From: Thermoplasmata archaeon
GTDB lineage: Archaea > Thermoplasmatota > E2 > UBA202 > JdFR-43
Length of the DNA: 60,046 bases
Direction of reading: 5' to 3'
Assembly: GCA_021162065.1 (NCBI GenBank)
Contig: JAGGZK010000032.1
Coordinates: forward strand, 1 to 60,046
Within the stretch, counting starts at the first letter, position 1; each line of letters starts with the position of its first letter. Below, in pieces: positions 42,766 through 51,730 of this stretch. A program made the translations under genes and the position numbers. The notes beneath the pieces are model-generated. The model was not told the DNA's origin. It did not search any database and saw only the letters and a list, made by a program, of their open reading frames with translations.

Positions 42766-45700
42766 TCTCCACCTCCCGGAAGGATTATTCTGACCTCCGT
42801 TCCCTTCCCGGGCTCGCTTTCAATCTCCATGCGTCCTTTATGCGCCTCCACAATCCACTTTGATATGAATAGCCCCAATCCACTTCCTTCCCCTGCCGGG
42901 CGGGTTGAAAAGAACGGTTTCATGGCGTTTTTAAGAACATCTTTGCTCATACCTGTGCCGTTGTCCCTCACCATGATTTTTATTTTCTCCCCTTCCTCAC
43001 ATTCCACTATCACATAATGACCTTTCTTTCCCTCCTCTCTGGCAAGAACCGCATTCTTTACTATGTTCACAAAGCACTCCATTATCCTCTGCCTATCTCC
43101 CCTAAAAATGCATGGATTCATTCTGTTCTGTATGATTACCCCCTCCATGTAGCATGTTCTTCTCACCTTCTCAATCGCCTCATCCATCACCGCCTTCAAA
43201 TCGAATTCTGTCATCTCTCTTATTTCCTTTCTGGAGAAATTGAGAATGTCCCTCACTATGGAGGCGATGTTATTCACCTCCCTCCTTATTATCTCCATCT
43301 CTTCCTTCTCTTCTGATATGGAGGCAAGATATTCAGCCGTCACTGCTATGTTGGACAGAGGCGTGTTGATTTCATGGGCAATCACCGCCGCAAGCCGCCC
43401 CAGAGCGGCAAGTTTTTCCTTCTCCTTTATCACCTCCTCCATCTTTTTCTTCTCGGTCAAATCCATGTAGGTGAGGGCAAAATAAACATTCTTCTCCTCC
43501 CTTATGAGAGAGCCCGCCACCAGAACAGGAAATATGCTTCCATCCCTTCTTTTATGGAAAACCTCCATGGGTTCCAGATACCCCTTTTCCAGAAATCTCT
43601 TTCTTGCATCCGGAATTTGCTTTACACTTTTCTCAGGGACTATGTTGCCAAGAGATTTTCCAATGAGTTCCTCCGGTTTATATCCATGGAGGGATGCAAA
43701 ATATTCATTTATGTAGGTTATCTTTCCCCTATCATTGAGAATGATGACGCCATACTGAGCCGTATCGGCAATTCTCTTGAACTTTTTCATTTCCCTCTCC
43801 ATCATCTTTTTCTCCGTAACATCCATCCCAACGGCCACAGAGCCAATGATTGTGTCATCGACCACTATATTTTTTGAATACCAGGATATTACTCGCTCCC
43901 TCCCATCCTTTGTTACTATAGTGGTTTCAAAATCCTCCACCTTTTCTCTGCCCTCTATTATATCCCTCGCCTTATTCAAAATTTTATTTCTGTACTCCTC
44001 ATCTGGATAAAGCCATTCCCATATTCTGTTGTGACCCACAACCTCCTCCATGGTGTAACCGCTTATTGCCTCAGCCGCCCTGTTCCACAGAATAACATTT
44101 CCTTCAGTATCGAGAGTGTTTATCCATATGTTTGCGTTATTTATGAGTGCCTCAAGATACTGATTCAGTTCCTTTATCCGTTCCTCCGCCGCCTTGATGG
44201 CGGTGATGTCCATATCCACGCCTCTGTAGCCAACAAGATTTCCGTCTCCATCGAGTATCGGCACACCACTGGTGAGTAGCCATCTCTCCTCGCCATTTCT
44301 GTGCATGTTTCTGTTGAGGAAGTCCACAAATGGTTTCTTCTCCCGGAATATTTCGAAGGCCCTTTCCTTGAGTTCCTCTCTGTTCTCAGGATGGAAGAAA
44401 TCGTAAAAATGCTTCTTTCCCACCACCTCTTCCGGGGAATAGCCGAGTATTTTTTTCACCGCACTGTTGGAGTAGGTATAGAGGCCTTCAGTATTTACCT
44501 CCCATACCCACTCGTTGGCATTCTCCATAACCTCCCTGAATCTTTTCTCGCTTTCCTTTAATAAGTTCTCCATTTCCTTTTCCTCTGTGACATCTCGATA
44601 GTTGATGACTATCCCTCTTACTATGGGGTCATGCAGCAAATTTCTGGCATTTATTTCCACGGTTCTCCATTCTCCTCTTGCATTTTTCACCCTCAAAAAG
44701 TCATGAAAAGCCTCACTGGGTTGGAAGAGCATATTCTTAAGAGCATTCATCGCTATATCGACATCTTCGGGGTGGACAAATTCCAGAGTGGAACGACCAA
44801 TAACCTCGTCTGGTGAATAACCCATGATTTTTTCCACAGAAGATGTAACATACTTTATTTCCGCATTTTCATCATGCACCATTACCACGTCCCATCCCTT
44901 TTCGAGCAACGTTTGGAAATATATTCTGCTTCTCTCCAGCTCCTCCATCATTTTTTTCTCCAGTGTTATATCTCTGGTAAAAATGGCGATCTGTTTTACT
45001 TTTCCGTCATAATCAAAAATCGGGTAGAAAACATTGTGGAACCATTTTCCTGCCCTCGTATCTTCGAATTCAACCGGCCTACCTGTTTTCATAACTTCAA
45101 ATACCTTTGCTGTTCTTTTTTCGTATACATCTGCAGGCAGATGTTCTTTTATGTTGGTTCCCTTGAGTTCGCTCTTTGATTTTCCGAGGGATTCTGCCAT
45201 GGCATCGTTTATTTCCAGTATTTTTCCAAAATCGGTCTCATCAACACTCGCAAGGAGAACCATATCATGGGTGGCATCCAGTATGGAACGTAACTTCCTT
45301 TCATTCTCCTCCAGTTTTTTCCCCACCATAACCCTCTCCGTTATGTCATGGAAATTGAATATCAGGCCATTAATGGCTGGATCATCGAGCATATTCCTTC
45401 CAACAATCTCAACAAATTTCCATTCTCCTTCCTTGGTCTGGATTCTGTACATCGCACGTATCGCTCTGGAAGGATTTTCCAGCATTTTCCTGTGCTGCCA
45501 TATACATGCATCCATGTCCTCCAGATGGATAAAGGAGAGGGCGCTCTTCCCGATTACTTCCTCTGGCTGAAAACCAAGAACCTCCTTTATGGATGGAGTT
45601 ATGAACTTTATAACAGCATTCTCATCCACCACCATGGTTATATCGGAACTCTTTTCCAGAATTGTCTGGAAATACATTCTGCTTCTCTCCATCTCCTCTC

Positions 45701-46412
45701 TCATCTCTGTGAGAGAAACCATATTTCCTATTTTGATTGCAACTTCCTTTACCGCCTTCTCCTCCTCTGGGAGGAACTCTGCTTCATCATATTCAGGGGG
45801 CTCCTTTATATAGCCCACCTCCAGATAACCCTCCTCTATTCCATTTACCACAATCTTTTCTCTTATTTTTCTTTCCCCCTCTGCACCATCTGTGGCATAT
45901 TCCTTTCCCCTGAAAAGTATTTTGGCATAGGCGAGTTCGGGATGCTGCATCATTTTGGGGATTAGGGTAACAATCCTCTGCATAAAACCCTCTACAGATT
46001 TTGCCTCTCTCGCCAGCACCCCTATATCATAGAATATCTGGAGTTCATTCAATTTTCTGGCAAGGGAAATGAGGATATGCTGACGAATTTTTTCAATATC
46101 ATCGCTACTCTCCTCCTGAAAAATAATCAGCATGTACTCATCCCCTCCATGAAGAAGAGAGGAAAACAGCACCCTTACCTCTCTTTCCTCTCCCTTAAGT
46201 GTTAGGATTTTTGTCTTTTTTGTTGTCTGGATCACATTTATGTCGGCAAAAAAATCTCTCCATCTTTTACCTACTATTCTCTCCGCATCCCCTGCATCAA
46301 GAAGAATAACCGCCTCCCGGTTGACCGCCTTTATCTGCTCCCCCTCCACCACCATCATCCCGTGGGGGGAGAGATCCATGGCTTTTTCTATTAAATCTTT
46401 CACATCCTCCAT
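42762..46412 (-). CDS. 1216-aa multi-PAS/GAF sensor histidine kinase
   Basis: Many PAS-like repeats (for example ...VMVHDENAEIKYVTSSVEKIMGYSPDEVIG). H-box AHEINTPLSNI. ATPase boxes NAVLAREEG, VRDNGTGM and GSGLGLFISK. 4-nt overlap with the response-regulator gene. Confidence 0.9.
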   Translation of the reverse strand: MEDVKDLIEKAMDLSPHGMMVVEGEQIKAVNREAVILLDAGDAERIVGKRWRDFFADINVIQTTKKTKILTLKGEEREVRVLFSSLLHGGDEYMLIIFQEESSDDIEKIRQHILISLARKLNELQIFYDIGVLAREAKSVEGFMQRIVTLIPKMMQHPELAYAKILFRGKEYATDGAEGERKIREKIVVNGIEEGYLEVGYIKEPPEYDEAEFLPEEEKAVKEVAIKIGNMVSLTEMREEMERSRMYFQTILEKSSDITMVVDENAVIKFITPSIKEVLGFQPEEVIGKSALSFIHLEDMDACIWQHRKMLENPSRAIRAMYRIQTKEGEWKFVEIVGRNMLDDPAINGLIFNFHDITERVMVGKKLEENERKLRSILDATHDMVLLASVDETDFGKILEINDAMAESLGKSKSELKGTNIKEHLPADVYEKRTAKVFEVMKTGRPVEFEDTRAGKWFHNVFYPIFDYDGKVKQIAIFTRDITLEKKMMEELERSRIYFQTLLEKGWDVVMVHDENAEIKYVTSSVEKIMGYSPDEVIGRSTLEFVHPEDVDIAMNALKNMLFQPSEAFHDFLRVKNARGEWRTVEINARNLLHDPIVRGIVINYRDVTEEKEMENLLKESEKRFREVMENANEWVWEVNTEGLYTYSNSAVKKILGYSPEEVVGKKHFYDFFHPENREELKERAFEIFREKKPFVDFLNRNMHRNGEERWLLTSGVPILDGDGNLVGYRGVDMDITAIKAAEERIKELNQYLEALINNANIWINTLDTEGNVILWNRAAEAISGYTMEEVVGHNRIWEWLYPDEEYRNKILNKARDIIEGREKVEDFETTIVTKDGRERVISWYSKNIVVDDTIIGSVAVGMDVTEKKMMEREMKKFKRIADTAQYGVIILNDRGKITYINEYFASLHGYKPEELIGKSLGNIVPEKSVKQIPDARKRFLEKGYLEPMEVFHKRRDGSIFPVLVAGSLIREEKNVYFALTYMDLTEKKKMEEVIKEKEKLAALGRLAAVIAHEINTPLSNIAVTAEYLASISEEKEEMEIIRREVNNIASIVRDILNFSRKEIREMTEFDLKAVMDEAIEKVRRTCYMEGVIIQNRMNPCIFRGDRQRIMECFVNIVKNAVLAREEGKKGHYVIVECEEGEKIKIMVRDNGTGMSKDVLKNAMKPFFSTRPAGEGSGLGLFISKWIVEAHKGRMEIESEPGKGTEVRIILPGGGE

Positions 46413-46461
46413 TTCTCAGATATTAATTTTTGGGACATATTTAAATATTACATGCCATGCC

Positions 46462-46836
46462 TCATTCAATACTGAGCATCAGCAGAATCAGGAGAGCAAA
46501 GGTTTCAAAGAAGGGAGGTATCAGAGGGAACACAAAAAGCAGGAGTCGCTGAAGCAAAAGAACACCTATGAAGAATACAAGGCCAAGGGTAAAGGACGAT
46601 TTTGTCTTCCTATAGCTCGATATGTATATCACCAACACAACAAAAAGAAGTATGACGTTTATCAGCACTGCCGCAATGTAGATGGTTTTAAATAGAGATG
46701 TGCCAAATTTCGCCCTCATCAAATCCTGCCATCTCTGGCCATTGCTTGGTGGTTCATGGGTGGCAGCATATGCCATACCTGCAACCATGTTGAAGATGAT
46801 GGCAAGCGTTATCACAAGAGCTACTCCTCTTTTCAT
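46462..46836 (-). CDS. hypothetical membrane protein (signal/TM plus about 3 TM)
   Basis: Hydrophobic segments ALVITLAIIFNMVAGMAYA, IYIAAVLINVILLFVVLVIYI, LGLVFFIGVLLL and FALLILLMLSI. It starts 1 nt after the upstream HTH gene's stop. Confidence 0.5.
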   Translation of the reverse strand: MKRGVALVITLAIIFNMVAGMAYAATHEPPSNGQRWQDLMRAKFGTSLFKTIYIAAVLINVILLFVVLVIYISSYRKTKSSFTLGLVFFIGVLLLQRLLLFVFPLIPPFFETFALLILLMLSIE

Positions 46837-46837
46837 A

Positions 46838-47167
46838 CTATCTCATCCCTCCTCCCTTTATTTTATTTTTCCCAATTTTATCCCAAATCTCTCTGAAATG
46901 GGATATGTTCTCCTCCAGAATCTCGGAGATGAAATACATTTTTCCATAGCCCTCCCCCATGGAGGAAATCAAACTGTTTTTCTCCAGTATTTTGAGATGA
47001 TGTCTCACCGTCTTATAGTCCATGTCCAGTTTTTTTGCCAGCTCATTGGCATTCATGGGGTTCTTCGTTAATTCCTCGAGGATTCTGCCCCTATTTATGC
47101 CCCCTGCTGTGCCCGCCAGCAGCCACCAGAGTATCTTTTTGACAGGGTTCAATGGAATAAAATGCAA
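46838..47167 (-). CDS. ArsR-family winged helix-turn-helix regulator
   Basis: INRGRILEELTKNPMNANELAKKLDMDYKTVRHHLKILEKNSLISS is the typical ArsR/wHTH core. Confidence 0.8.
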   Translation of the reverse strand: MHFIPLNPVKKILWWLLAGTAGGINRGRILEELTKNPMNANELAKKLDMDYKTVRHHLKILEKNSLISSMGEGYGKMYFISEILEENISHFREIWDKIGKNKIKGGGMR

Positions 47168-47184
47168 TTGTTACTTATAAATAC

Positions 47185-48213
47185 TTAGGAAATTTTTTCC
47201 AGCGCCATTTTCTCCCTGAACTTTCTGACCTCATCCACATCTGGCAGTTTTATGGCAGCACCCTTCCTCTTTAATCTCCTGTTGTACTCCTCAACACCAA
47301 TCTCTTCCAGTATTTCCTTTCCCTTCTCCCTTATCTCGTCGAGTTTTTTATTCACCTCATCAACCGTATTTCTGAGCAGGAGGGCAAGGGATACTAAGGA
47401 AGCATTAAGCCCTCGGGGCAACCCCTCCATGATTATATCCCTATCCGGCACCCTCACACCCCATGAAGGTGGCTCATTAAAATTCGAGATGGGCAGCCCC
47501 ATTCCTGCCTCCAGATAATCCGAGAAGGTGGGATCGAGCTGAATCCATCTGCCGCCTATATAAAATTCCGCACATCCATGGAGTGAATCCAGAAATCCGA
47601 GCATCTGATACGTTTCCATCAGCACGGGGTCATCCTTAAGCATGACATCCACCAGTTCATCTACCGGGGTAAAGGCATACAGGCGATATCTGGCCTTTAT
47701 GCCCGCCGCCCTGGCAAGTGCTATAAAGAGAGACATCTGATCCAAGCATACGCCCCCTTTACTTTTTAATGTGCCCGTTGCCCCTCCCATGGGTTTAAAT
47801 ATGAGATATTTTTGATTTTTGACAAAGTAATAGATTCTTCTGAGATACTCCTCAGTGCTTATTTCTCCAGCCCCAAACTTTCTGGCGAGCGCCCTTATAT
47901 TTTTGTTATCACACTGGCATAACCGGGTGGGGCGAAGATATTTCTCTCTGCTCACATCTGGAAGGGAATCGAAATCCTCTATTTCCAGCATTCTTGTGCT
48001 GCTGTATTCGCTCTCATCCTCCAGATGTTTCCACGGAGCCATCCCCGCCCTCAATCTCCTTTTCCATGCGCCCACATTCTTAACCATGCTTCTGGGATTC
48101 CTGGCTATGGCGTATGAAAGCGGCGCCACCGTCTTCAGCAGATTTCTAACTATGGTCGGTGGGGGTATATCGCCCAGATCCATCTTCTCTCTCACCCATT
48201 TCATTTCAATCAC
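47185..48213 (-). CDS. transglutaminase-like (papain-fold Cys-His-Asp) domain protein
   Basis: GGVCLDQMSLFIALARAAGIKARY (nucleophile Cys context), HGCAEFYIGGRWIQLDPT (His ... Asp). Coiled-coil/charged C-terminal tail. Confidence 0.7.
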   Translation of the reverse strand: MIEMKWVREKMDLGDIPPPTIVRNLLKTVAPLSYAIARNPRSMVKNVGAWKRRLRAGMAPWKHLEDESEYSSTRMLEIEDFDSLPDVSREKYLRPTRLCQCDNKNIRALARKFGAGEISTEEYLRRIYYFVKNQKYLIFKPMGGATGTLKSKGGVCLDQMSLFIALARAAGIKARYRLYAFTPVDELVDVMLKDDPVLMETYQMLGFLDSLHGCAEFYIGGRWIQLDPTFSDYLEAGMGLPISNFNEPPSWGVRVPDRDIIMEGLPRGLNASLVSLALLLRNTVDEVNKKLDEIREKGKEILEEIGVEEYNRRLKRKGAAIKLPDVDEVRKFREKMALEKIS

Positions 48214-49640
48214 CTCATGCTCTCAACCATAAGCTCCCTCATCAGGTTGCCGCATCCCTTTGCTTCCGCCCCCCGCATCCTTGTTATTTCTCCGTCTATA
48301 ACAATGCCTTCCCTTCCGCATTCGGGGCAGGATTCCAGAAGTTTGACCTTGTCACCGGTAATAATGAAGCCGGGGTAGCTGTTGGCGGCAGGGTCAAGGA
48401 ATGCGAATCTTCCCTCCTCTCCATATCCGACCGGTTCGTAGTTTTCATCCAGGACCATGGGATATATCCAAGGCGGAATATGCTTGTATCTTGCCTCACA
48501 TTCAAGGGCAAGGCCGTTCATCTCCGACATACCATAGACATCCCTGTAATTTTCCTCACCTATGCCGAAATACTCCTTCACCATGCTCGCCATTTCTGAA
48601 GGAGAAATTTTCATACCTTCATGTATCTTCCATCCACCTCCTGTGATGATAACGGAGTTGCTTCTTCCCATGTCGAGATAAACCTCCTCTCCCTTCATTA
48701 TATTCATGAGGTCGTACAGCTGAAAGGGAAATGTTATCATGTACATCTGCTCTCCCTTTTTATCCATCTCCTCCAGCAGGCGCAGCAATTTCATCTGCCC
48801 TTTCTTCATCGCCTTCTGTATCACCAAGAGTTTCATCTTATCCTTTATTCCGTTTATCTGCCCCGCCATGATTTTTATTACATCCATGGTTAACTCCTTC
48901 TCTGTGAGGAAATGGCGATGATCATCGTCTGCCACCTTTGTGCCCTCGGCAACCCATCTCCCCATGGTGAGATATGTTTTTACCGGTCCGGGATATATCA
49001 CATGGGCATTGTCATCTGGCGGGAAGATGGAGAATAGCAGCACTTTATCGGCGGCGTAGAAGTTTCTTTTTCTGGTAACCACATCCCTAAACATAAAACT
49101 GAACTTTCCTGTGGTGCCGGAAGAATGGGTAACGAGTCCATTAAGTTTTTTCTCAGCCCAGGAGAAGAATTCGTTGAGGGATTTGCCCCTGAAGTCATAA
49201 TCACCTATGTCGATTGAGGAAACGGTGTATAACCACTCATACAGCTTCCTCGGCTCCTCACCGGGATAATCCTTGAAGAAGGTGTCGGGAAGCATGGGGA
49301 TTTTTGAAAAATCCTCCTCTCCCTTTATGTCATCGGGTGAAACACCATTATCCTTGCAGTAATTGTGGTAAAAGAGATTGTTGTTGTAATGATGATGGAA
49401 CGCCTCCTTTATGGCCCTGTTTCTTGTCTCTTCCGCCTCCACTCTGCTGTAGAGGAAATAGTCATCCATTCCATATATAAGCCTATCCACTTCCTTCCAC
49501 TCATTCTCCGGTATATAGAAAAGTTCTTTCATACGGGTGAGGAATTTATTCATGGGAAGCAAAAGATGGAAACAAATATAATGTTTCTTTAAAGCCATCT
49601 TTAAAGCCATTAAAATTTTGTTATACTGTTCCAGCGCCAT
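48210..49640 (-). CDS. LuxE-like acyl-protein synthetase / adenylate-forming (ANL-PaaK-type) enzyme
   Basis: FHHHYNNNLFYHNYCKDNGVSPDDI...FSKIPMLPDTFFK and the P-loop-like THSSGTTGKFSF match my memory of the LuxE/PaaK family. C-terminal CPECG. The probable true start is ATG 49553 (MNKFLTRMKELF). ATGA overlap with the downstream transglutaminase-like gene. Confidence 0.65.
   Translation of the reverse strand: MALEQYNKILMALKMALKKHYICFHLLLPMNKFLTRMKELFYIPENEWKEVDRLIYGMDDYFLYSRVEAEETRNRAIKEAFHHHYNNNLFYHNYCKDNGVSPDDIKGEEDFSKIPMLPDTFFKDYPGEEPRKLYEWLYTVSSIDIGDYDFRGKSLNEFFSWAEKKLNGLVTHSSGTTGKFSFMFRDVVTRKRNFYAADKVLLFSIFPPDDNAHVIYPGPVKTYLTMGRWVAEGTKVADDDHRHFLTEKELTMDVIKIMAGQINGIKDKMKLLVIQKAMKKGQMKLLRLLEEMDKKGEQMYMITFPFQLYDLMNIMKGEEVYLDMGRSNSVIITGGGWKIHEGMKISPSEMASMVKEYFGIGEENYRDVYGMSEMNGLALECEARYKHIPPWIYPMVLDENYEPVGYGEEGRFAFLDPAANSYPGFIITGDKVKLLESCPECGREGIVIDGEITRMRGAEAKGCGNLMRELMVESMR
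49587..49610. repeat. perfect tandem duplication of a 12-bp unit (ctttaaagccat x2)
   Basis: Read directly at 49587-49598 and 49599-49610. On the minus strand it reads ATGGCTTTAAAG twice (MALK MALK in the track ORF). It contains two TTTAAAG TATA-like elements. Confidence 0.6.
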
Positions 49641-49701
49641 AAATCCACAATTTCCGACTTAACCGAAACATTTATAAACTCTTTTACATTTTGATAGCAT
49701 T

Positions 49702-50103
49702 ATGCTATCAAACCCACCCATAATCCTGGTTGTTGAGGACGACAAGCTCATTCAGGATTTAATAGAGAAATGGTTATCCACTCTGGGGGTGGAGCTGCAT
49801 TTCGCCTCCAACGGGCTGGAAGGAGTAAGAAAATACGAGGAGCTAACCAGGGCAGGAAGAAGGCCCGATCTGGTTGTCATGGATATAGGATTGCCGATAA
49901 TGGATGGAGTGGAAGCAACGAGAGAAATAATGAAAATAGATCCTGAGGCGAGGATATATGGCTTCACCGCCTTCTACGGCACCCATAAAGCGGAGCAGCT
50001 GCTAAATGCGGGGGCCATCGATGTCATACCGCGCTCCGTGGGCTTTGAAATATTCACCAGAGTCATCAGAGATGCCCTCATGGAGGAAGCCATGATGCAT
50101 TAA
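49702..50103 (+). CDS. stand-alone CheY-like response regulator receiver
   Basis: ILVVEDDKL..., PDLVVMDIGLPIMDGVEATREI and TAFYG...A. A TATA-like catttataaac lies about 25 nt upstream of the ATG. Confidence 0.9.
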   Translation: MLSNPPIILVVEDDKLIQDLIEKWLSTLGVELHFASNGLEGVRKYEELTRAGRRPDLVVMDIGLPIMDGVEATREIMKIDPEARIYGFTAFYGTHKAEQLLNAGAIDVIPRSVGFEIFTRVIRDALMEEAMMH

Positions 50104-50546
50104 TTGCCCAGCATGTCTCTTTTGATTTCATCAAAGAGCTCATCCACGTTGTTGAAATTCTTCACTCCAACCTCCCAGGTCATCAGCCCATACACTCTTT
50201 TTCCAAATTCGAGAGCATATGCTATCTCCGATAAAGTGCCGTAATGGCCATCCACCGCTATCACTATATCCCCGTTCATGGCAACCATGGCATTTCTTGC
50301 GTAACCTATCCCTGTAACTATTACATAATCGAGATACGGGTTTCCTTCCTCCCTGTCCTCTCCGGGAAGAATGCCTATGGTCACATCACCCTCCTCCTTT
50401 GCCCCCTTGGCGGCAGCCTCCATAACACCCCCTCTGCCTCCTGTTATGAGGACGGCGCCCATTCTTGCCACCCTTCTTCCAACCTCCTCCGCCATTTCAT
50501 ATATCTCGGGGCTGCAGTTCTCTCCGCCCACCACGCTTACATACAT
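50100..50546 (-). CDS. TIGR00725/LOG-like (SLOG) Rossmann-fold protein
   Basis: VSVVGG...LITGGRGGVMEAAAKGAKEEGG-type motif (ITGGRGGVMEAAAKGA) and GYGTLSE-like HYGTLSEIAYAL. Confidence 0.75.
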   Translation of the reverse strand: MYVSVVGGENCSPEIYEMAEEVGRRVARMGAVLITGGRGGVMEAAAKGAKEEGDVTIGILPGEDREEGNPYLDYVIVTGIGYARNAMVAMNGDIVIAVDGHYGTLSEIAYALEFGKRVYGLMTWEVGVKNFNNVDELFDEIKRDMLGN

Positions 50547-50620
50547 GCTATTTTTATGGGAAATGCGTTAAAAGAATTTGCCCTCAAAATTTTAAAAGGG
50601 ATGAATGCATATCAAATTGA

Positions 50621-51730
50621 ATGAGGATTCTGCATGTCGCCGACACCCATCTTGGCTATTCCGCTTACCATAAGCTTGCTGACAACGGCATAAACCAGAG
50701 GGAGATGGACACCTACAATGCCTTCAAAGAGGTGATAGATTATGCCCTCCAGCACAGACCAGATATTTTCATCCATGCGGGCGACCTCTTCGACACCATA
50801 AGGCCCAGCAACAGGGCCATCTACTTTGCCCTTCAGCAACTGCTTCGCCTCTCTAAAGCAAAGATTCCCACCATAATCATCTCCGGCAATCACGAAACGC
50901 CCAAATTGAGGGAGACAGGAAGCGTTTTCAGATTATTTGAGCATCTTGATAACATCTACCCTGTTTACCGAGGGAAACTGGAGGTTATTGAGATAGGAGA
51001 TGCAAAAATACATGCAGTTCCCCACTGCCATTCCACTGATGAACTTAAAAAGAATATAGAGGAGGCCACCCCGGAAGAGGGGAGAGTAAACATAATGGTG
51101 CTTCACGTGGGGGTGATGGGGATAAAGGATTTCAGCTACACCAGGGGAGACTTCAACGAGCAGGTGGTGCCGGCGGGTTATCTCTCCCCAGCATTTGATT
51201 ACATCGCCTTAGGGCATTATCACAGGGCAACGGAGGTAACGGCAAACTCCTTCTATTCTGGCTCCACCGAGCATTTTTCATTTAAGGAGGCGGGGGAAAC
51301 AAAGGGATTCTACGTGGTGGAGATTGGCGATAGCCTAAAAACAAATTTTGTACCCGTGAACGCCAGGGAGATGCTCGATATGGGGACCATAGATTGCTCT
51401 TCTCTTACTGCTGAGGAGGTGGAGAAGGCCATAATCGAAAAACTTGGTGGGGAGATAGAGGATAAAATAATAAGGGTGAGACTCGCCAGAATCGAAAGGG
51501 GAAAATACAAACAGATTTCCTGGGAAAGGATAAAGAGGGTTGCCTCCCCCGCCCTTCACTTCGAGATAGATTATGACCTGAAGGAGATGGAGCAGGAATT
51601 GATGGGGAGGAGCAGAATTGGTAGCCTGGAAGAGGAATGGAAGGAGTTTATCAAACAGGTGCCTATTGAGCACGATAGAGAGGAAATAGAGAAACTTGCC
51701 CTCAAATATCTCTCGGAGGTGAGTTCTTGA
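50621..51730 (+). CDS. mre11: DNA double-strand-break repair nuclease Mre11
   Basis: Phosphoesterase motifs HVADTHLG, HAGDLFD, GNHE and HCH/GHYH. Confidence 0.9.
   Translation: MRILHVADTHLGYSAYHKLADNGINQREMDTYNAFKEVIDYALQHRPDIFIHAGDLFDTIRPSNRAIYFALQQLLRLSKAKIPTIIISGNHETPKLRETGSVFRLFEHLDNIYPVYRGKLEVIEIGDAKIHAVPHCHSTDELKKNIEEATPEEGRVNIMVLHVGVMGIKDFSYTRGDFNEQVVPAGYLSPAFDYIALGHYHRATEVTANSFYSGSTEHFSFKEAGETKGFYVVEIGDSLKTNFVPVNAREMLDMGTIDCSSLTAEEVEKAIIEKLGGEIEDKIIRVRLARIERGKYKQISWERIKRVASPALHFEIDYDLKEMEQELMGRSRIGSLEEEWKEFIKQVPIEHDREEIEKLALKYLSEVSS

Noticed and set aside
42319-45965. Multiple + strand ORFs (up to 232 aa) inside the 1216-aa histidine kinase gene
   Set aside because: They are antisense shadows. 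The minus strand shows continuous PAS repeats plus H-box and ATPase boxes.
48210-49640. Idea that the LuxE-like adenylating enzyme could be the missing E1 for the Ubl-E2-JAMM cassette
   Set aside because: It is 43 kb away, belongs to the ANL/LuxE fold rather than the ThiF/E1 fold, and is embedded in its own operon. Nothing in the sequence links the two loci.
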